DNA of 64,000 nt from Paraphysomonas bandaiensis (lineage: Eukaryota; Protista; Chrysophyceae), in assembly GCA_965644295.1 (NCBI GenBank), contig CBFFRP010000616.1, forward strand, positions 62,001 through 126,000, given 5' to 3'. A model generated the notes under the pieces. The model was given only the letters and a program-made list of their open reading frames with translations, did no database searches and was not told where the DNA came from. The translations under genes and the position numbers were made by a program. The stretch's first letter is position 1. Each line of letters begins with the position of its first letter. This document shows positions 38,401 through 53,400 of the stretch, one piece after another.

Positions 38401-41400
38401 GCTATCATCTGGTGCAGTTTCCGTGCGCACTGCTGATGGCTTTACAAACTCAGGAGATATTGCTCTTGGAACAGGCGATGCTAATGCTGCCGGTGATATC
38501 AGTGTTAGTTCTGGTGTATCTTTAAAATCTAATGGTGCGGGTGTACAAATTGCTGGTGGTGCATCGAGCATTGGTCAGGGTGGAATTGCAAATATTGTTG
38601 GGGGAGTTGGATCTGGTGCTGGTGGAGATACCTCTGTATCTGGTGGCTCTGGAATAATTTCAGGTGGATCAGTTACTATCAACAGTGGATCATCGGATAC
38701 ACTGAATTCTGGTAATGTTGTCATAAATACTGCTAGTGGAATGGGGTCAGGAAGTGTTGATATTTTTACTGGCGATTCCCTTTCCTCTGATGCTGGTGAG
38801 TTGTCCCTGAGATCAGGTTTTTCGAGTTCAGGCGCTGGAGGTAATATTGCATTGTCTGCGGGAAGTACTGATGGCGTCGTCGCTGGAGGATCCGTACTTT
38901 TGTCAGCCGGCAAAAGCGTAAGTACTGGCGGTGATGTCATTATTTCTGCGGGGTCCGGTTCGGTGACTAATGGGAAAGTTTTAATGCAATCTGGGTCTGG
39001 TCATGATAGCTTGCTAGTTTCGGATGACCTCATCTCTTTACAGACTGCGGGAACTGACAGTAGTATTACTCTTCGCATTCCAAGTCCTGTGGGTTCGTCA
39101 ACCGAGACTAAGAGCATGATTGCTTTTGGTTTCGATGACCAAATGAGTGGGGTGCCCAATTACGATTTTCGGTACCAGACGATTGATAATATAGATGGCA
39201 CGAGATCGAATGTCTTAATTGCTAACGCCCCTTTGCATGTCACAGAAGTTAAGTATTCGTCAGATAGGAGGATTAAACGAGATATTGAAGATGTAGATAG
39301 CGACGAACTTTTACAGAGACTTAACCGTGTGCGTGTGACAAGTTACAGATACAAAGAAGAATGGCTCCGCGTGCGTGACGTCAAGAACAGTCGTGTGCGT
39401 GGTGTCATTGCTCAAGAGCTTGCCGAAGTATTTCCCGAATATATTACAGTGGTACCCGATTTCAAGCTACCTGACAAGAATTTTACCCTCAAAAATTTTT
39501 ATCAAGTTGACAAAATGTCTTTAATGATGGATATGATAGCAGCAATTCAAGCTCAATCGAAACGATTTTCTATATCAGAACGATCATCTGACAGTACTGG
39601 AGATGTGAGGGTTAGCTCTAGTCCATGGAATTCCGTCATAGATGGAACAGATGATATGTCTTCTGGACGTGTTTTGATGACTTCTGGCGAGGCTTCTCTG
39701 GGCAAGTCTGGCAGTGTGTCGATAAGCAGTGGTCCTAGTGGTACTCAGGCGGGCAGTGTTCTATTAGTCCCTGGTACTAGTGGAAATGATGCAGGTGCGG
39801 ATGTTTCTATTCGCGGTGGTGATTCATTGTCAAGGGTATCTGTTGGCGGTGATGTGACGCTACGCAGTGGTGGTGGTGGGGCTGGGAGTGGAGATGTTTA
39901 TATCTCAACTGACGAAAGCGATCAGGGCACAGGGTCAATAGCACTGATTACTGGTGATAGCGGTGCAGATGCGGCTGGTTCCGTTTCTCTTTCTGCCGGT
40001 TCTGGTGCGTCTGAAATCGGAGCAGGAGTGTCTGTTCACGGTGGTGACTCATTATTGTCTACTGGTACAGGTGGGTTGTTATCACTTTCAGCTGGCAATG
40101 GTGCCTTGGGTGGAGATGTCAGTATCACTAGTGGGCATGGGACAGCAGGTTCAGGTGGTTCTATTGCTATAACCGGTGCTGATGGATCTATGTCTTACTC
40201 GGGCGGTTCTGTTTCTATTGAAGGGGGTTCATCTGGTCGTGATGGTTTGGGAGGTGATTTGCTAATTTCAGGTGGTGCTTCTTCGACTGGTGGATCTGGC
40301 ACCATCCGCGGTGGCTCGTCGGTTGCGGGTATTGGAGGGGGGTTAGTGCTTGAAGGCGGCGTGAGTGCAGTTGGAAGCAGTGGTCTTGTGTCTGTAGGGT
40401 CTGCTGGTTCACGTTCTCAAAGTGGCAGTGTTTATATTGCTACCGGTGTGTCTGAATCGTCATCAGGATCATTACACTTGTCCACTGGCGACTCGTCCGA
40501 TTCTTCTGGCGATATGGTTCTCAGCGTTGGGTCGTCGATTAGTCAAGATGGGGGTGATATCTCGGTTGTGTCTGGATCTGGAACTGAGGGTGGAGACGCG
40601 GTTGTTTCAGGAGGTGTTGGAACATCATCTGTCGGAGGTTCCGTATCTCTATTAGGCGGCGGCAGTACTTCTGTAGGAGGTCGAAGTGGTGATATTGAAG
40701 TAGCAACTGTTGAATCGAGAGGAAGCAGTGGTGACATTTCCATGAGTACTGGTGCAGGTGAGGCCAGGACTGGTTCTATTGCCATTTCTAGTGGACATAG
40801 CGAGCTTGGTGCAGGTGGTGACATATCTGTTCGAGGTGGGTCAGGTGCATCTGAAACTGGTTCACATATATCAGTTATTAGCGGAAGGACTACGTCTGCG
40901 ACTGGAACAGGTGGTTCATTGTCCTTGTCTGCTGGTGAAGGCGCTTATGGAGGTGATGTTGCAATTGCTAGTGGTAGTGGAGTATCTGGTTCCGGAGGTT
41001 CTGTTGCTATTAGAGGTGGCGATGGGTACCATTCATCTTCAGGGGGCTCTGTATCCGTAATAGGTGGTTCATCTGATCGTGATGGGTCTGGAGGTGATGT
41101 TCGAATTTTGTCGGGGTCTTCATTTGGAAGTGATGCTGCGAATGTGCATATTTCTTCTGGCTCAAGCGATGTAGGTTTTTCTGGGGCCGTCGGTGTTATG
41201 TCATCTGACAGTACGTTGGGAAGTGGTGTAGTCACTGTGAAATCTGGATCTTCGACGAGTGGTATGTCGGGGAATGCTATATTTATGTCTGGCAACTCAT
41301 TGGTGAGTTCAAGTGGTGATGCAGTGATTAGTACGGGTGCAGCCGTTTCCAGCAGTGGTAATATCCAATTAAGTGTTGGTGAGTCGGCTTCCTCTGCAGG

Positions 41401-44400
41401 AAATGTGTTGGTCTCTGCAGGAAAGGGTAGTATTGACCATGGTGGGTCTGTATTTGTTAGTAGCGGATTGACTCTTTCCCATTCGTCGCGAAGTGGCGCA
41501 GTAAATATTAAAAGTTCTGAAACGGCAGGAGAGAGTGGAAGCGTAGTTGTCTCAACTGGATTCGTGGAGACGGGTTCTTCAGGCGATATTACTGTAGCTA
41601 CTGGAAGTGGTTTGGCAGGTTCGGGGTCTATATCTCTGTCAAGTGGCGACGGAGAAGATCGTATCGGCGACGTTGTGGTAAGCTCGGGTGACTCCCTCAC
41701 CAGCAGTGGAGGGCGTGTTTTAATAGCAGGTGGAAAAGGTTTTAGTGGTGGTGACTTGTTGATTGAAGGTGGCACAGCAAAATCGACTACAGGAGGGTCT
41801 GTCGCAATATCTGCCGGTGAAGGATATGCTGCATCAAAGGGTGGTTCTGTTTCTATTGAAGGGGGTTCATCTGGTCGTGATGGTTTGGGGGGTGATTTGC
41901 TAATTTCAGGTGGTGCTTCTTCGACTGGTGGATCTGGCACCATCCGCGGTGGCTCGTCGGTTGCGGGTATTGGAGGGGGGTTAGTGCTTGAAGGCGGCGT
42001 GAGTGCAGTTGGAAGCAGTGGTCTTGTGTCTGTAGGGTCTGCTGGTTCACGTTCTCAAAGTGGCAGTGTTTATATTGCTACCGGTGTGTCTGAATCGTCA
42101 TCAGGATCATTACACTTGTCCACTGGCGACTCGTCCGATTCTTCTGGCGATATGGTTCTCAGCGTTGGGTCGTCGATTAGTCAAGATGGGGGTGATATCT
42201 CGGTTGTGTCTGGATCTGGAACTGAGGGTGGAGACGCGGTTGTTTCAGGAGGTGTTGGAACATCATCTGTCGGAGGTTCCGTATCTCTATTAGGCGGCGG
42301 CAGTACTTCAGTAGGAGGTCGAAGTGGTGATATTGAAGTAGCAACTGTTGAATCGAGAGGAAGCAGTGGTGACATTTCCATGAGTACTGGTGCAGGTGAG
42401 GCCAGGACTGGTTCTATTGCCATTTCTAGTGGACATAGCGAGCTTGGTGCAGGTGGTGACATATCTGTTCGAGGTGGGTCAGGTGCATCTGAAACTGGTT
42501 CACATATATCAGTTATTAGCGGAAGGACTACGTCTGCGACTGGAACAGGTGGTTCATTGTCCTTGTCTGCTGGTGAAGGCGCTTATGGAGGTGATGTTGC
42601 AATTGCTAGTGGTAGTGGAGTATCTGGTTCCGGAGGTTCTGTTGCTATTAGAGGTGGCGATGGGTACCATTCATCTTCAGGGGGCTCTGTATCCGTAATA
42701 GGTGGTTCATCTGATCGTGATGGGTCTGGAGGTAGAATTACTCTCCTTGGTGCCACTTCTTCCTTTGGAGGTTCCTCTATTATTAGTGGAGGGTCATATA
42801 TGGATGGAGTTGGGGGAGGTTCTATTGTAGAAGGAGGATCTAGTGGTGTTGGGATTTCAGGATCTGTGACAATCCGTTCTGTAGACTCTGTTAAAGAAAG
42901 TGGGCATATCTTTGTGACCACTGGTTCTTCTGAATTGTCATCAGGATCATTACACTTGTCCACTGGCGACTCGTCCGATTCTTCTGGCGATATGGTTCTC
43001 AGCGTTGGGTCGTCGATTAGTCAAGGTGGGGGTGATATCTCGGTTGTGTCTGGATCTGGAACTGAGGGTGGAGACGCGGTTGTTTCAGGAGGTGTTGGAA
43101 CATCATCTGTCGGAGGTTCCGTATCTCTATTAGGCGGCGGCAGTACTTCAGTAGGAGGTCGAAGTGGTGATATTGAAGTAGCAACTGTTGAATCGAGAGG
43201 AAGCAGTGGTGACATTTCCATGAGTACTGGTGCAGGTGAGGCCAGGACTGGTTCTATTGCCATTTCTAGTGGATATAGCGAGCTTGGTGCAGGTGGTGAC
43301 ATATCTGTTCGAGGTGGGTCAGGTGCATCTGAAACTGGTTCACATATATCAGTTATTAGCGGAAGGACTACGTCTGCGACTGGAACAGGTGGTTCATTGT
43401 CCTTGTCTGCTGGTGAAGGCGCTTATGGAGGTGATGTTGCAATTGCTAGTGGTAGTGGAGTATCTGGTTCCGGAGGTTCTGTTGCTATTAGAGGTGGCGA
43501 TGGGTACCGTTCATCTTCAGGGGGCTCTGTATCCGTAATAGGTGGTTCATCTGATCGTGATGGGTCTGGAGGTGATTTATTCCTTTCATCTGGATTCGGG
43601 ACATTCGGAAGTGTGCTTTCGGTTCAGTCTGGTCCATCTCTTTTTGATTCTGGTTCGTTGTCACTCTCCAGTGGTCGAAGTTCCGCTGGTAGAAGTGGTA
43701 TTGTTGCACTGGAGTCGGCTGACGGTCTTACTGGGAGTGGTGATGCGGTAGTGAAGTCTGCGTCGACTAGTTCTCAGGTGTCAGGAACTGTTTTGCTACG
43801 ATCAGGTGACAGTGCTGGTGTATCTGGTGACATACAGCTTCGAGTTGGTGATAGTGATTTTTCCTCTGGAGATGTACGTATATTTGGAGGACGCTCTGCC
43901 AAAGGTGGAGACATTTCAGTAATATCAGGTGACGCTCTTTCGAGCGACAGTGGGAACCTTGTAATAGCGTCGGGCACTTCAGTTTCAAGTTCAGGATCCA
44001 GTGGTGCAATTGCGATATCTACTGCCGGTGGAGGTCATAGCAGTGGTAACGTCGACCTAATTAGTGGTGACTCATTCCATGAAACCGGTCACATAGGACT
44101 ATACAGCGGAGTCAGTGAAAATGGTGTTGCTGGCACATTGTCCTTTCAAGGTGGATCAAGTGGAGGTGTTACTGGCGCGGATGTCTCTGTTCGAGGTGGT
44201 GACTCCTTGGCTGTTGACGGTTCTGGAGGAAGAGTATCTATCAGTGGGGGCTCAGGTGCTACTGGTGCTGATGTTCATTTGAGTAGTGGTGCTGGTACTA
44301 CTGGATCTGCGGGTTCTTTAATATTAGGGGTTGGTGAAGGATCAGGTATTTCTGCTGGAGGTGCAGTGATGATTGATGCTGGTTTGTCCACGGGGGGTGG

Positions 44401-47400
44401 AGATGGTGGTGCCATGTCGCTGCGAGGCGGTGCTGGTCATGTGGGTTCATCATCAGGGGGTGGTGTTTCGATAGAAGGTGGAGTATCTGGGTCAGGTACA
44501 GGTGGTTCGGTATCAGTATCGAGTGGTGCTAGTGCATCTGGATCTTCAGGTTCAGCTGTATTTGGTTCGCATTCTTCTACTATGTCTAGTGGGGATGTGA
44601 CTTTGTCTTCTGGCTTATCTAGTGAAGCTTCTGGTTCTGTTGTTGTGGCTTCGGGGTCTTCTGATGCTTCTGCTGGTGATGTAAGAATTTTTGTTGGAAA
44701 GAGTGGTCAGGCGAGTTTTGGAGGAGATGTTAGTATGACGTCTGGTTTTGGCACTCTGGGTGGAGGCAATGTTGGGATCAGTGGTGGAGAATCAACAGGA
44801 GGTGATGGTGGCTCGGTGTCTGTACAGAGTGGTCAGAGTTCATCCGGATCAAGTGGTGATATTGCGGTGGCTTCATCTGATGTTGCTGGCATTAGTGGGT
44901 CAGTGCAAATTGCGAGCGGGACTTCGAGATTCGACACTGGCAAGGTAGCGATTAGCAGCGGAGAGAGTGAAATGGGTACAGCTGGTAACGTGCTTCTTCA
45001 TGGTGGGTCAAGTGGAGATGTTACTGGCGCGGATGTTTCTGTTCGAGGTGGTGACTCCTTGGCTGTTGACGGTTCTGGAGGAAGAGTATCTATCAGTGGG
45101 GGCTCAGGTGCTACTGGTGCTGATGTTCATTTGAGTAGTGGTGCTGGTACTACTGGATCTGCGGGTTCTTTAATATTAGGGGTTGGTGAAGGATCAGGTA
45201 TTTCTGCTGGAGGTTCAGTGATGATTGATGCTGGTTTGTCCACGGGGGGTGGAGATGGTGGTGCCATGTCGCTGCGAGGCGGTGCTGGTCATGTGGGTTC
45301 ATCATCAGGGGGTAGTGTTTCGATAGAAGGTGGAGTATCTGGGTCAGGTACAGGTGGTTCGGTATCAGTATCGAGTGGTGCTAGTGCATCTGGGTCATCT
45401 GGTGCTGTTGTTTTATCGTCGTCGTCCTCAGTAAGTCGTAGTGGGTCTCTTTCTTTAGAGTCTGGAGATTCTTTTCTTGGTACCGCGGGGGACATTAATG
45501 TTGCTGTTGGACATAGCTCCCGTACTTCAGGCAAGTTGATGTTGTCTGGTGGTGCTGGTAGTGTAGGTGGTGACGTAGTTGTACATGCTGGCTCTGGTTT
45601 ATCTTCTCGAGGCGGTTCATTATATCTTCTAAGTGGTGCTACTTCAGCATCTGATAGCAGTGGGTCATTAACGATGGGATCAGAATCATCATCCGCCTCA
45701 GGGCCTGTATTATTGGGATCTGGTACATCAGCACTTCGCTCTGGCGAGTTGGAATTGAGAAGTGGTGACAGCGATTCTGCTAGTGCTGGTAGCGTACTTC
45801 TTCATGGTGGATCAAGTGGAGGTGTTACTGGCGCGGATGTTTCTGTTCGAGGTGGTGACTCCTTGGCTGTTGACGGTACTGGAGGAAGAGTATCTATCAG
45901 TGGGGGCTCAGGTGCTACTGGTGCTGATGTTCATTTGAGTAGTGGTGCTGGTACTACTGGATCTGCGGGTTCTTTAATATTAGGGGTTGGTGAAGGATCA
46001 GGTATTTCTGCTGGAGGTTCAGTGATGATTGATGCTGGTTTGTCCACGGGGGGTGGAGATGGTGGTGCCATGTCGCTGCGAGGCGGTGCTGGTCATGTGG
46101 GTTCATCATCAGGGGGTGGTGTTTCGATAGAAGGTGGAGTATCTGGGTCAGGTACAGGTGGTTCGGTATCAGTATCGAGTGGTGCTAGTGCATCTGGGTC
46201 ATCTGGTTCTTTGTTAGTTTCGTCTGGTCGTTCAATGTCTGAGAGTGGAAATGTTGTTCTGTCATCTGGGAAGTCTGATGATGGCACGGCTGGTGATATT
46301 TTAGTCTCAGTGGGAGAGAGCTTTCAACGTGCAGGCAAGTTGATGTTGTCTGGTGGTGCTGGTAGTGTAGGTGGTGACGTAGTTGTACATGCTGGCTCTG
46401 GTTCATCTTCTCGAGGCGGTTCATTATATCTTCTAAGTGGTGCTACTTCAGCATCTGATAGCAGTGGGTCATTAACGATGGGATCAGAATCATCATCCGC
46501 CTCAGGGCCTGTATTATTGGGATCTGGTACATCAGCACTTCGCTCTGGCGAGTTGGAATTGAGAAGTGGTGACAGCGATTCTGCTAGTGCTGGTAGCGTA
46601 CTTCTTCATGGTGGATCAAGTGGAGGTGTTACTGGCGCGGATGTTTCTGTTCGAGGTGGTGACTCCTTGGCTGTTGACGGTTCTGGAGGAAGAGTATCTA
46701 TCAGTGGGGGCTCAGGTGCTACTGGTGCTGATGTTCATTTGAGTAGTGGTGCTGGTACTACTGGATCTGCGGGTTCTTTAATATTAGGGGTTGGTGAAGG
46801 ATCAGGTATTTCTGCTGGAGGTTCAGTGATGATTGATGCTGGTTTGTCCACGGGGGGTGGAGATGGTGGTGCCATGTCGCTGCGAGGCGGTGCTGGTCAT
46901 GTGGGTTCATCATCAGGGGGTAGTGTTTCGATAGAAGGTGGAGTATCTGGGTCAGGTACAGGTGGTTCGGTATCAGTATCGAGTGGTGCTAGTGCATCTG
47001 GGTCTTCTGGTTCTTTGTCAGTTTCGTCTGCTGATAGCATTGTGTCTGGCTCTTTAACATTTAGATCTGGCGATTCTGTTGTTCAGTCGGGGAATGTTGT
47101 TTTTTCTGGTGGAAATTCTAAGGGTCCTTTTTCTACTGGTGGTGGTGTGATTTTTTCTGGTGGCTCTGGACATGCTGCTGGCTCTGTGGTTATTGATTCT
47201 GGAAATGGGATTAACAGTGCTGGTGATGTACGTTTGAGCAGTGGGCTTGTTGTTGCGAGCGACAGTGTCGGTGGAAATGTTTTGTTACATTCTCATGATG
47301 CTGTTGGTGTATCTGGAGCTGTCTCTATCTCAACAGGCTTCTCTCAAGTTGAATCCTCGGGGTCTATTGCGTTATCTAGTGGTTCATCAGAGCACGAGAT

Positions 47401-50400
47401 GGGTGGTGCGATATCACTTCTTGTTGGTAGTAGTGGGTCTACTTCTGCAGCTGAGATTTCACTACTGTCTGGAAGCACTACGAATGCTAACGGGAGAGGG
47501 GGAAGTGTGGATATAACCGCTGGTGATGGCTCGTTCGGCGGTGATGTGGTCATTGGTTCTGGTAATGGTTTCACCAGTAAATCCGGTGGTGCAATAGACA
47601 TCAGATCTGGTGGTGGAGGAGTGGTAGTGAGTAGCGGAGACGCGAGCGTGGATGGTTTGACTGGCGATATTGTGGTCAGCACGGGTTCTGGTACTGCCAC
47701 TGGATCTCTATCTTTGTCAACTGGGCATGGGTTTGGGACCGTTGCTGGTGGCATTGAACTAAGTGTTGGGTCCTCTGCAAGCGGTTCTGGATCTGATATA
47801 TTGTTATCTGCTGGAGATTCTGAGTCAAGTGGTGGCTCTGTATCAGTAGTTGGTGGAAGTAGTGCCACTGCGTCTGGTGGTGATGTTTTGGTGACTGCCG
47901 GTTCAGGTTCAGAATCTGGTCGGGCCGTGCTTCAGACTGCAACGGGTAGTGATAAGGTAACCTTGTCTGATGGTAGGGTGGATGTGCATTCTTCCGGTGG
48001 AATATCATTAAAAGTTCCGGTTTCATCTGATGCTACTTCCACGATGATTGCTTTTGGTTACGAAGACCCATCAACAGGGAATTCCAAGTATGATCTACGA
48101 TTACAGCAGTCGTCTGATTCAACTCGGTCAATCGTTGCTAGTGCTCCTCTCCAAGTGTCCAAGGTTGACTATCCGGCCGATAGTCGCATCAAACGTGATA
48201 TTGACACCGTGGATACAGATTCTCTTTTGCACCGTTTGAATCAGGTCAAGATTCAGAGCTACCGCTACACCAAGGACTGGTTAGAAGCCCGTGATGACAT
48301 AGAGGATATTCGTGTTCGTGGAGTCATTGCTGAGGATTTAGCGCAGGTGTTCCCTGAGCATGTTTCAGTCATCCCGGAATATAAGCTTGAGGATAGAGGT
48401 GTGAGTTTCAAGAATTTTCATCAAGTGGATAAAACATCGTTAATGATGGATATGATTGCTGCTATGCAATCTCAGTCCCGGCGATTTTCCACGACGCCAA
48501 ATTCGGATTCAGAGACTGGAGAGGTCAGAATGAGCTCCAGTTCCTGGTCGGAAGTACATGGTGGCACGGAGGATATGTCTTCTGGAAGTGTTTTGATGAC
48601 TTCTGGCGAGGCTTCTCTGGGCAAGTCTGGCAGTGTGTCGATAAACAGTGGACCTAGTGGTACTCAGGCGGGCAGTGTTCTATTAGTCCCTGGTACTAGT
48701 GGAAATGATGCAGGTGCGGATGTTTCTATTCGCGGTGGTGATTCATTGTCAAGGGTATCTGTTGGCGGTGATGTGACGCTACGCAGTGGTGGTGGTGGGG
48801 CTGGGAGTGGAGATGTTTATATCTCAACTGACGAAAGCGATCAGGGCACAGGGTCAATAGCACTGATTACTGGTGATAGCGGTGCAGATGCGGCTGGTTC
48901 CGTTTCTCTTTCTGCCGGTTCTGGTGCGTCTGAAATCGGAGCAGGAGTGTCTGTTCACGGTGGTGACTCATTATTGTCTACTGGTACAGGTGGGTTGTTA
49001 TCACTTTCAGCTGGCAATGGTGCCTTGGGTGGAGATGTCAGTATCACCAGTGGGCATGGGACAGCAGGTTCAGGTGGTTCTATTGCAATTTCTGGTGGGC
49101 ATGGAACCGCTGCTTCAAGAGGTGGGATAGCCGCAATTAAAGGTGGCAGTTCTTCCGCCTCTGAGGATGCCGGTGATGCAGCTCTCTTTGGTGGTTCAGC
49201 TAGTAGTAGTGGAAGAGGAGGGTCAACCCGAGTTAGTGGTGGCTCGTCATTTATGGGTAGCGGCGGCTCTTCTATAGTTGAAAGTGGGGAAAGTAGTGAG
49301 CATTCTAGTGGAAATACCATTGTTCGTACCGCTGATGCTGACATGTCCTCTGGATCTGTTTTGATTTCTTCGGGGAATAGTTTGGGTGGGAGTGTAGGAA
49401 GCATCATAGTTTCTGTCGGATCAGATTCCTCTTTTGGACATAGCGGAGGTGAAGTCTCTATTTATGCAGGCGACGGCTCTAGTGGTGGTGATGTTAATGT
49501 TAATGGCGGTGTTGGGGGCACTGGAGTTGGTGGATCTGTAGTGTTGACAAGCGGATCAGGAAATGGCAGTGGTGATATTTTGTTGTCGTCTAAGTCATCT
49601 TCCATGTTGTCTGGTTCTACCTCTCTCTATAGTGGTAGCTCAACTTCTTCCACTGGGACTGTTAGTCTACACTCAGGTGATTCATCTGCTGGTGATTCTG
49701 GAGATGTCGGTATTCGTTCTGGTTATAGTAGTGGTCTTAAGGGAGGTGATGTGTCAGTAACTTCTGGTAGTTCTAGTCTGACAGCGGGGGTGTTAAGATT
49801 GTCAGCTGGATCTGGTACAGTTGGAGGTGACGTTACGCTGTCAAGTGGAATAGGAATTGACGGGAAGTCTGGTGATATTTCCATTTTTTCCGCTGATGGA
49901 TCAGTTCAGGGACAGGCCGGCGGGGTCTATGTAAAGAGTGGTAATTCACTTTCTAGTTCTGGGGCAGGTATGTCGATTACTGGATCCTCATTGGATATTT
50001 CTGGTTCCTCTTTTATTCGAGATCGGGGTGGCGGTGTTAATTTGAAAAGTGGCGGGTCAAATACACTGAGCAGTGGTGCCGTTGATATTTCGACGCGGTC
50101 CCAAAGCGAGTCTACTGGTGATGTTTACCTTTCGACGGGGTCATCATCAGAATCTTCCTCTGGGAGCGTTAACATAGTGACAGGATATTCAGCTAAACGT
50201 TCGGGGGAAATCTCTCTCGCTGTTGGGACCAGTGAAACGATAGGGGGAGAATTAGAATTGCTTGCTGGACATGGAGAGAGTGGCGGCTCTGTTTCGATTA
50301 CAGCTGGGGACTCAAGTGTTGGTGTTGGAGGGAGTTTGAGTTTTCGCAGTGGAGCAGTAAGGGATAGCACATCTAGCTCCGGAAATGTTGACATTGCTAC

Positions 50401-53400
50401 TGCAGACGCACTGTCATCTAGTGGGGTTGTTCGATTGCGTAGTGGCAACACAGAATCGGGATCAGCAGGCGATGTTATTGTCGAGAGTGGATCAAGCTCA
50501 TCTAGACCAGGGTCGTTGATTCTGAAATCTGGAAGCAGTGAAGGCAGTGCCGCAGACGGAGTATATATCGGTGGTGGGGAGTCTCGTGGCGCACAAGGCG
50601 GTGAAGTTTTTCTATCAGGTGGTGAAGGCAGTACAGGTGGTGACGTGCGGCTTGTTAGTGGTACTGGAACTAGCGGTGAAGCTGGGACCGTTTTTATTCG
50701 TGCCAGTGATACCAGCTCTACTGCTAGTGGTGCTGCGGTGGTGATTGAAGCTGGGTATGCGCACGACCGCCCAGGTGGACGTTTGGGTTTAAGCGCTGGC
50801 TCGACTGAATCATCGGATGGTGGCGATGTTAATTTAGCTGGTGGGTCGTCTGTGAGGGGATCTGGGGGCTCAATTTTTGCGGAGAGTGGTTCCAGTGATA
50901 TTGGAAATTCTGGTGAGTATTATATTTCGACGTCGCGATCTCGTTCTGCTAGCGGGAAGATGACTATCTCTACTGGTATCGCTTCTATGAAGTCTGGATC
51001 TATCATGATTGAAACCGGTTTGTCAAGTGGAAACTCTGGAGATATTTCACTATCAGTTGGTCGTGCTGATGCTAGTGGTGGCGATGTCTCAGTATCTTCT
51101 GGTTCTGGAGTTTTGGGTGGAGATACAAGAGTGCAAGGGGGGCATGGTAGTTCATCTGCTGGTGGCTCGATCAATTTAGTTAGTGGTGCGTCATCTGTCT
51201 TAGGTGACACAAGTGGCTCGCTTCTTCTTTCATCTGGTGAGTCCTCTTTTTCTGGTGTGACTTCACTGTCGTCGGGGAAATCAATGTTGGGATCTGGCAA
51301 CGTCGTTATAAAAACTGGGGAGACTTCCGATAGTAAATCTGGTGATGTGTTGATTGGTGCAGGCCGTGGATTAGCAGGTAGTGATCTGCTTCTAAATGGT
51401 GGTGATGGTCATGGATCGGGTGTGGTTGGCGGATCAGTAATTATGCTTGGCGGTGAAGGCTCTCATGGAGGCGATATTAAAATTCGAGGAGGTATTGGAG
51501 CGGAGGGTTCAGGTGGATCGCTGCAATTACTTGGTGGAGAATCATCACAGGGTAGTAGTTATGGCGGGTCTGTCACTGTCGGCGGTGGAGGTGGCGATGA
51601 AAGTGATACCAGCGGCTCAGTTAAAGTTGTAGGTGGGACCTCTGGGACAAATGGTGGAGGTCGTATATCACTGATGAGTGGTTCAGGGCCTAGTATCAGC
51701 GGTGACGTCTCTGTGCAGTCGGCATCTTCTGACCTTGGTACAGGACATATGTTATTGTCAAGTGGTGAGTCAAAGTTTGCTGCCTCTGGGTCAGTTTTGA
51801 TGTCGAGTGGTAATTCACAATATAGTAGTTCAGGTGGTATTACGTTATCTGTTGGCGACAGTGCCCAGGTAGAGAACATCCTACCTGGTTCACTGCTGTT
51901 AGAAGGAGGCAGCGGCTTCTCTGGCGGTAATCTTGTTTTAAACGCAGGTCAAGGTAGTTCTTCCCTAGGTGGGAGTGTGATGATAATGAGCGGGTTAACC
52001 AGTTCGATAGTTAGGAGTAGTGGGGATGTGAAGATAGGATCTTCTGCTTCATTGGGTTCCACTGGAGATGTGAACATTGCCACTGGAAGTTCAACAGCTG
52101 CCACTTCAGGGACTTTCACAGTTAGTAGTGGTGATGCTCATAGTGGTTCTGCTGGTGATGTCCTTATGGCTGCTGGTGGTGGTATATCTACTGTTGGGGC
52201 GACTGCAGCAATCACCGCTGGTGACTCTGTAGCTGGTGCGGGAGGTGCGATCAAAGTAATAGGGGGTACTGGTTTCGCTGGTGGTGACGTTACACTTGGC
52301 GGTGGAATCGGATCGAAGTCCCCCGGTGGTAGTATTATATTATTTGGTGGCGATGATTCAACCACGTCTGGTAATGTCATTATAGAGGCTGGTACGACGA
52401 GTGATGCCGATGGCGCAACTCTTGCAATGGAGGGTACTAAAGCCGCCATCAGAGGAGGAAATTCGTTGTCGACATCTGGGGGAGAGATGTCGTTTATCAC
52501 CGGTGAAAGTAGTGTGTCGCCTTCGGGTACTCTTTCTTTGGTAACTGGACGGGGTACTTTTACTGGTGGTATTACTGTTCGTAGTGGCGATGCAAGTTTA
52601 GACTCGGCTGGAAGTATTGACATCTCCGTTGGGTCCAGTGTGTCTGACGGGGGGGCGATGTCATTGAGCTCTGGTGGAGGTCGTAGTGGCGGAGACGTTG
52701 TCATGTCATCTGGAGTTGGGCGTGATAACAAAGGCGGGTCAGTATTCATTCACTCGGGGGAGTCGATTTCACCAACCAGTGCAGGTGGAGACATTGCTTT
52801 GTTTACTGCACATGCCCCAACCTCTGGAAACGTATATATTGAAACAGGGATAGGAGTTGATCATTCTGGAGATATAAAGGTTCGCAGTGGTGACAGTGAC
52901 AGTGGTAGAGCGGGATCTGTTCGATTTGAAGGGGGTCATAGTGGGGATGTTGGTGCAGATGTTTCTGTTCGAGGCGGTGACTCCTTGGCTGTTGACGGTT
53001 CTGGAGGAAGAGTGTCTATCAGTGGGGGCTCAGGTGCTACTGGTGCTGATGTTCATTTGAGTAGTGGTGCTGGTACTACTGGATCTGCGGGTTCTTTAAT
53101 ATTAGGGGTTGGTGAAGGATCAGGTATTTCTGCTGGAGGTTCAGTGATGATTGATGCTGGTTTGTCCACGGGGGGTGGAGATGGTGGTGCCATGTCGCTG
53201 CGAGGCGGTGCTGGTCATGTGGGTTCATCATCAGGGGGTGGTGTTTCGATAGAAGGTGGAGTATCTGGGTCAGGTACAGGTGGTTCGGTATCAGTATCGA
53301 GTGGTGCTAGTGCATCTGGATCTTCAGGTTCAGCTGTATTTGGTTCGCATTCTTCTACTATGTCTAGTGGGGATGTGACTTTGTCTTCTGGCTTATCTAG

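Noticed and set aside
39260-39568. Prophage/bacterial contamination, or a MYRF orthologue, as the source of the S74 domains
   Set aside because: The gene has spliceosomal introns, a signal peptide and PSI domains, with eukaryotic neighbours and no other phage genes. No Ndt80-type DNA-binding domain precedes the chaperone.
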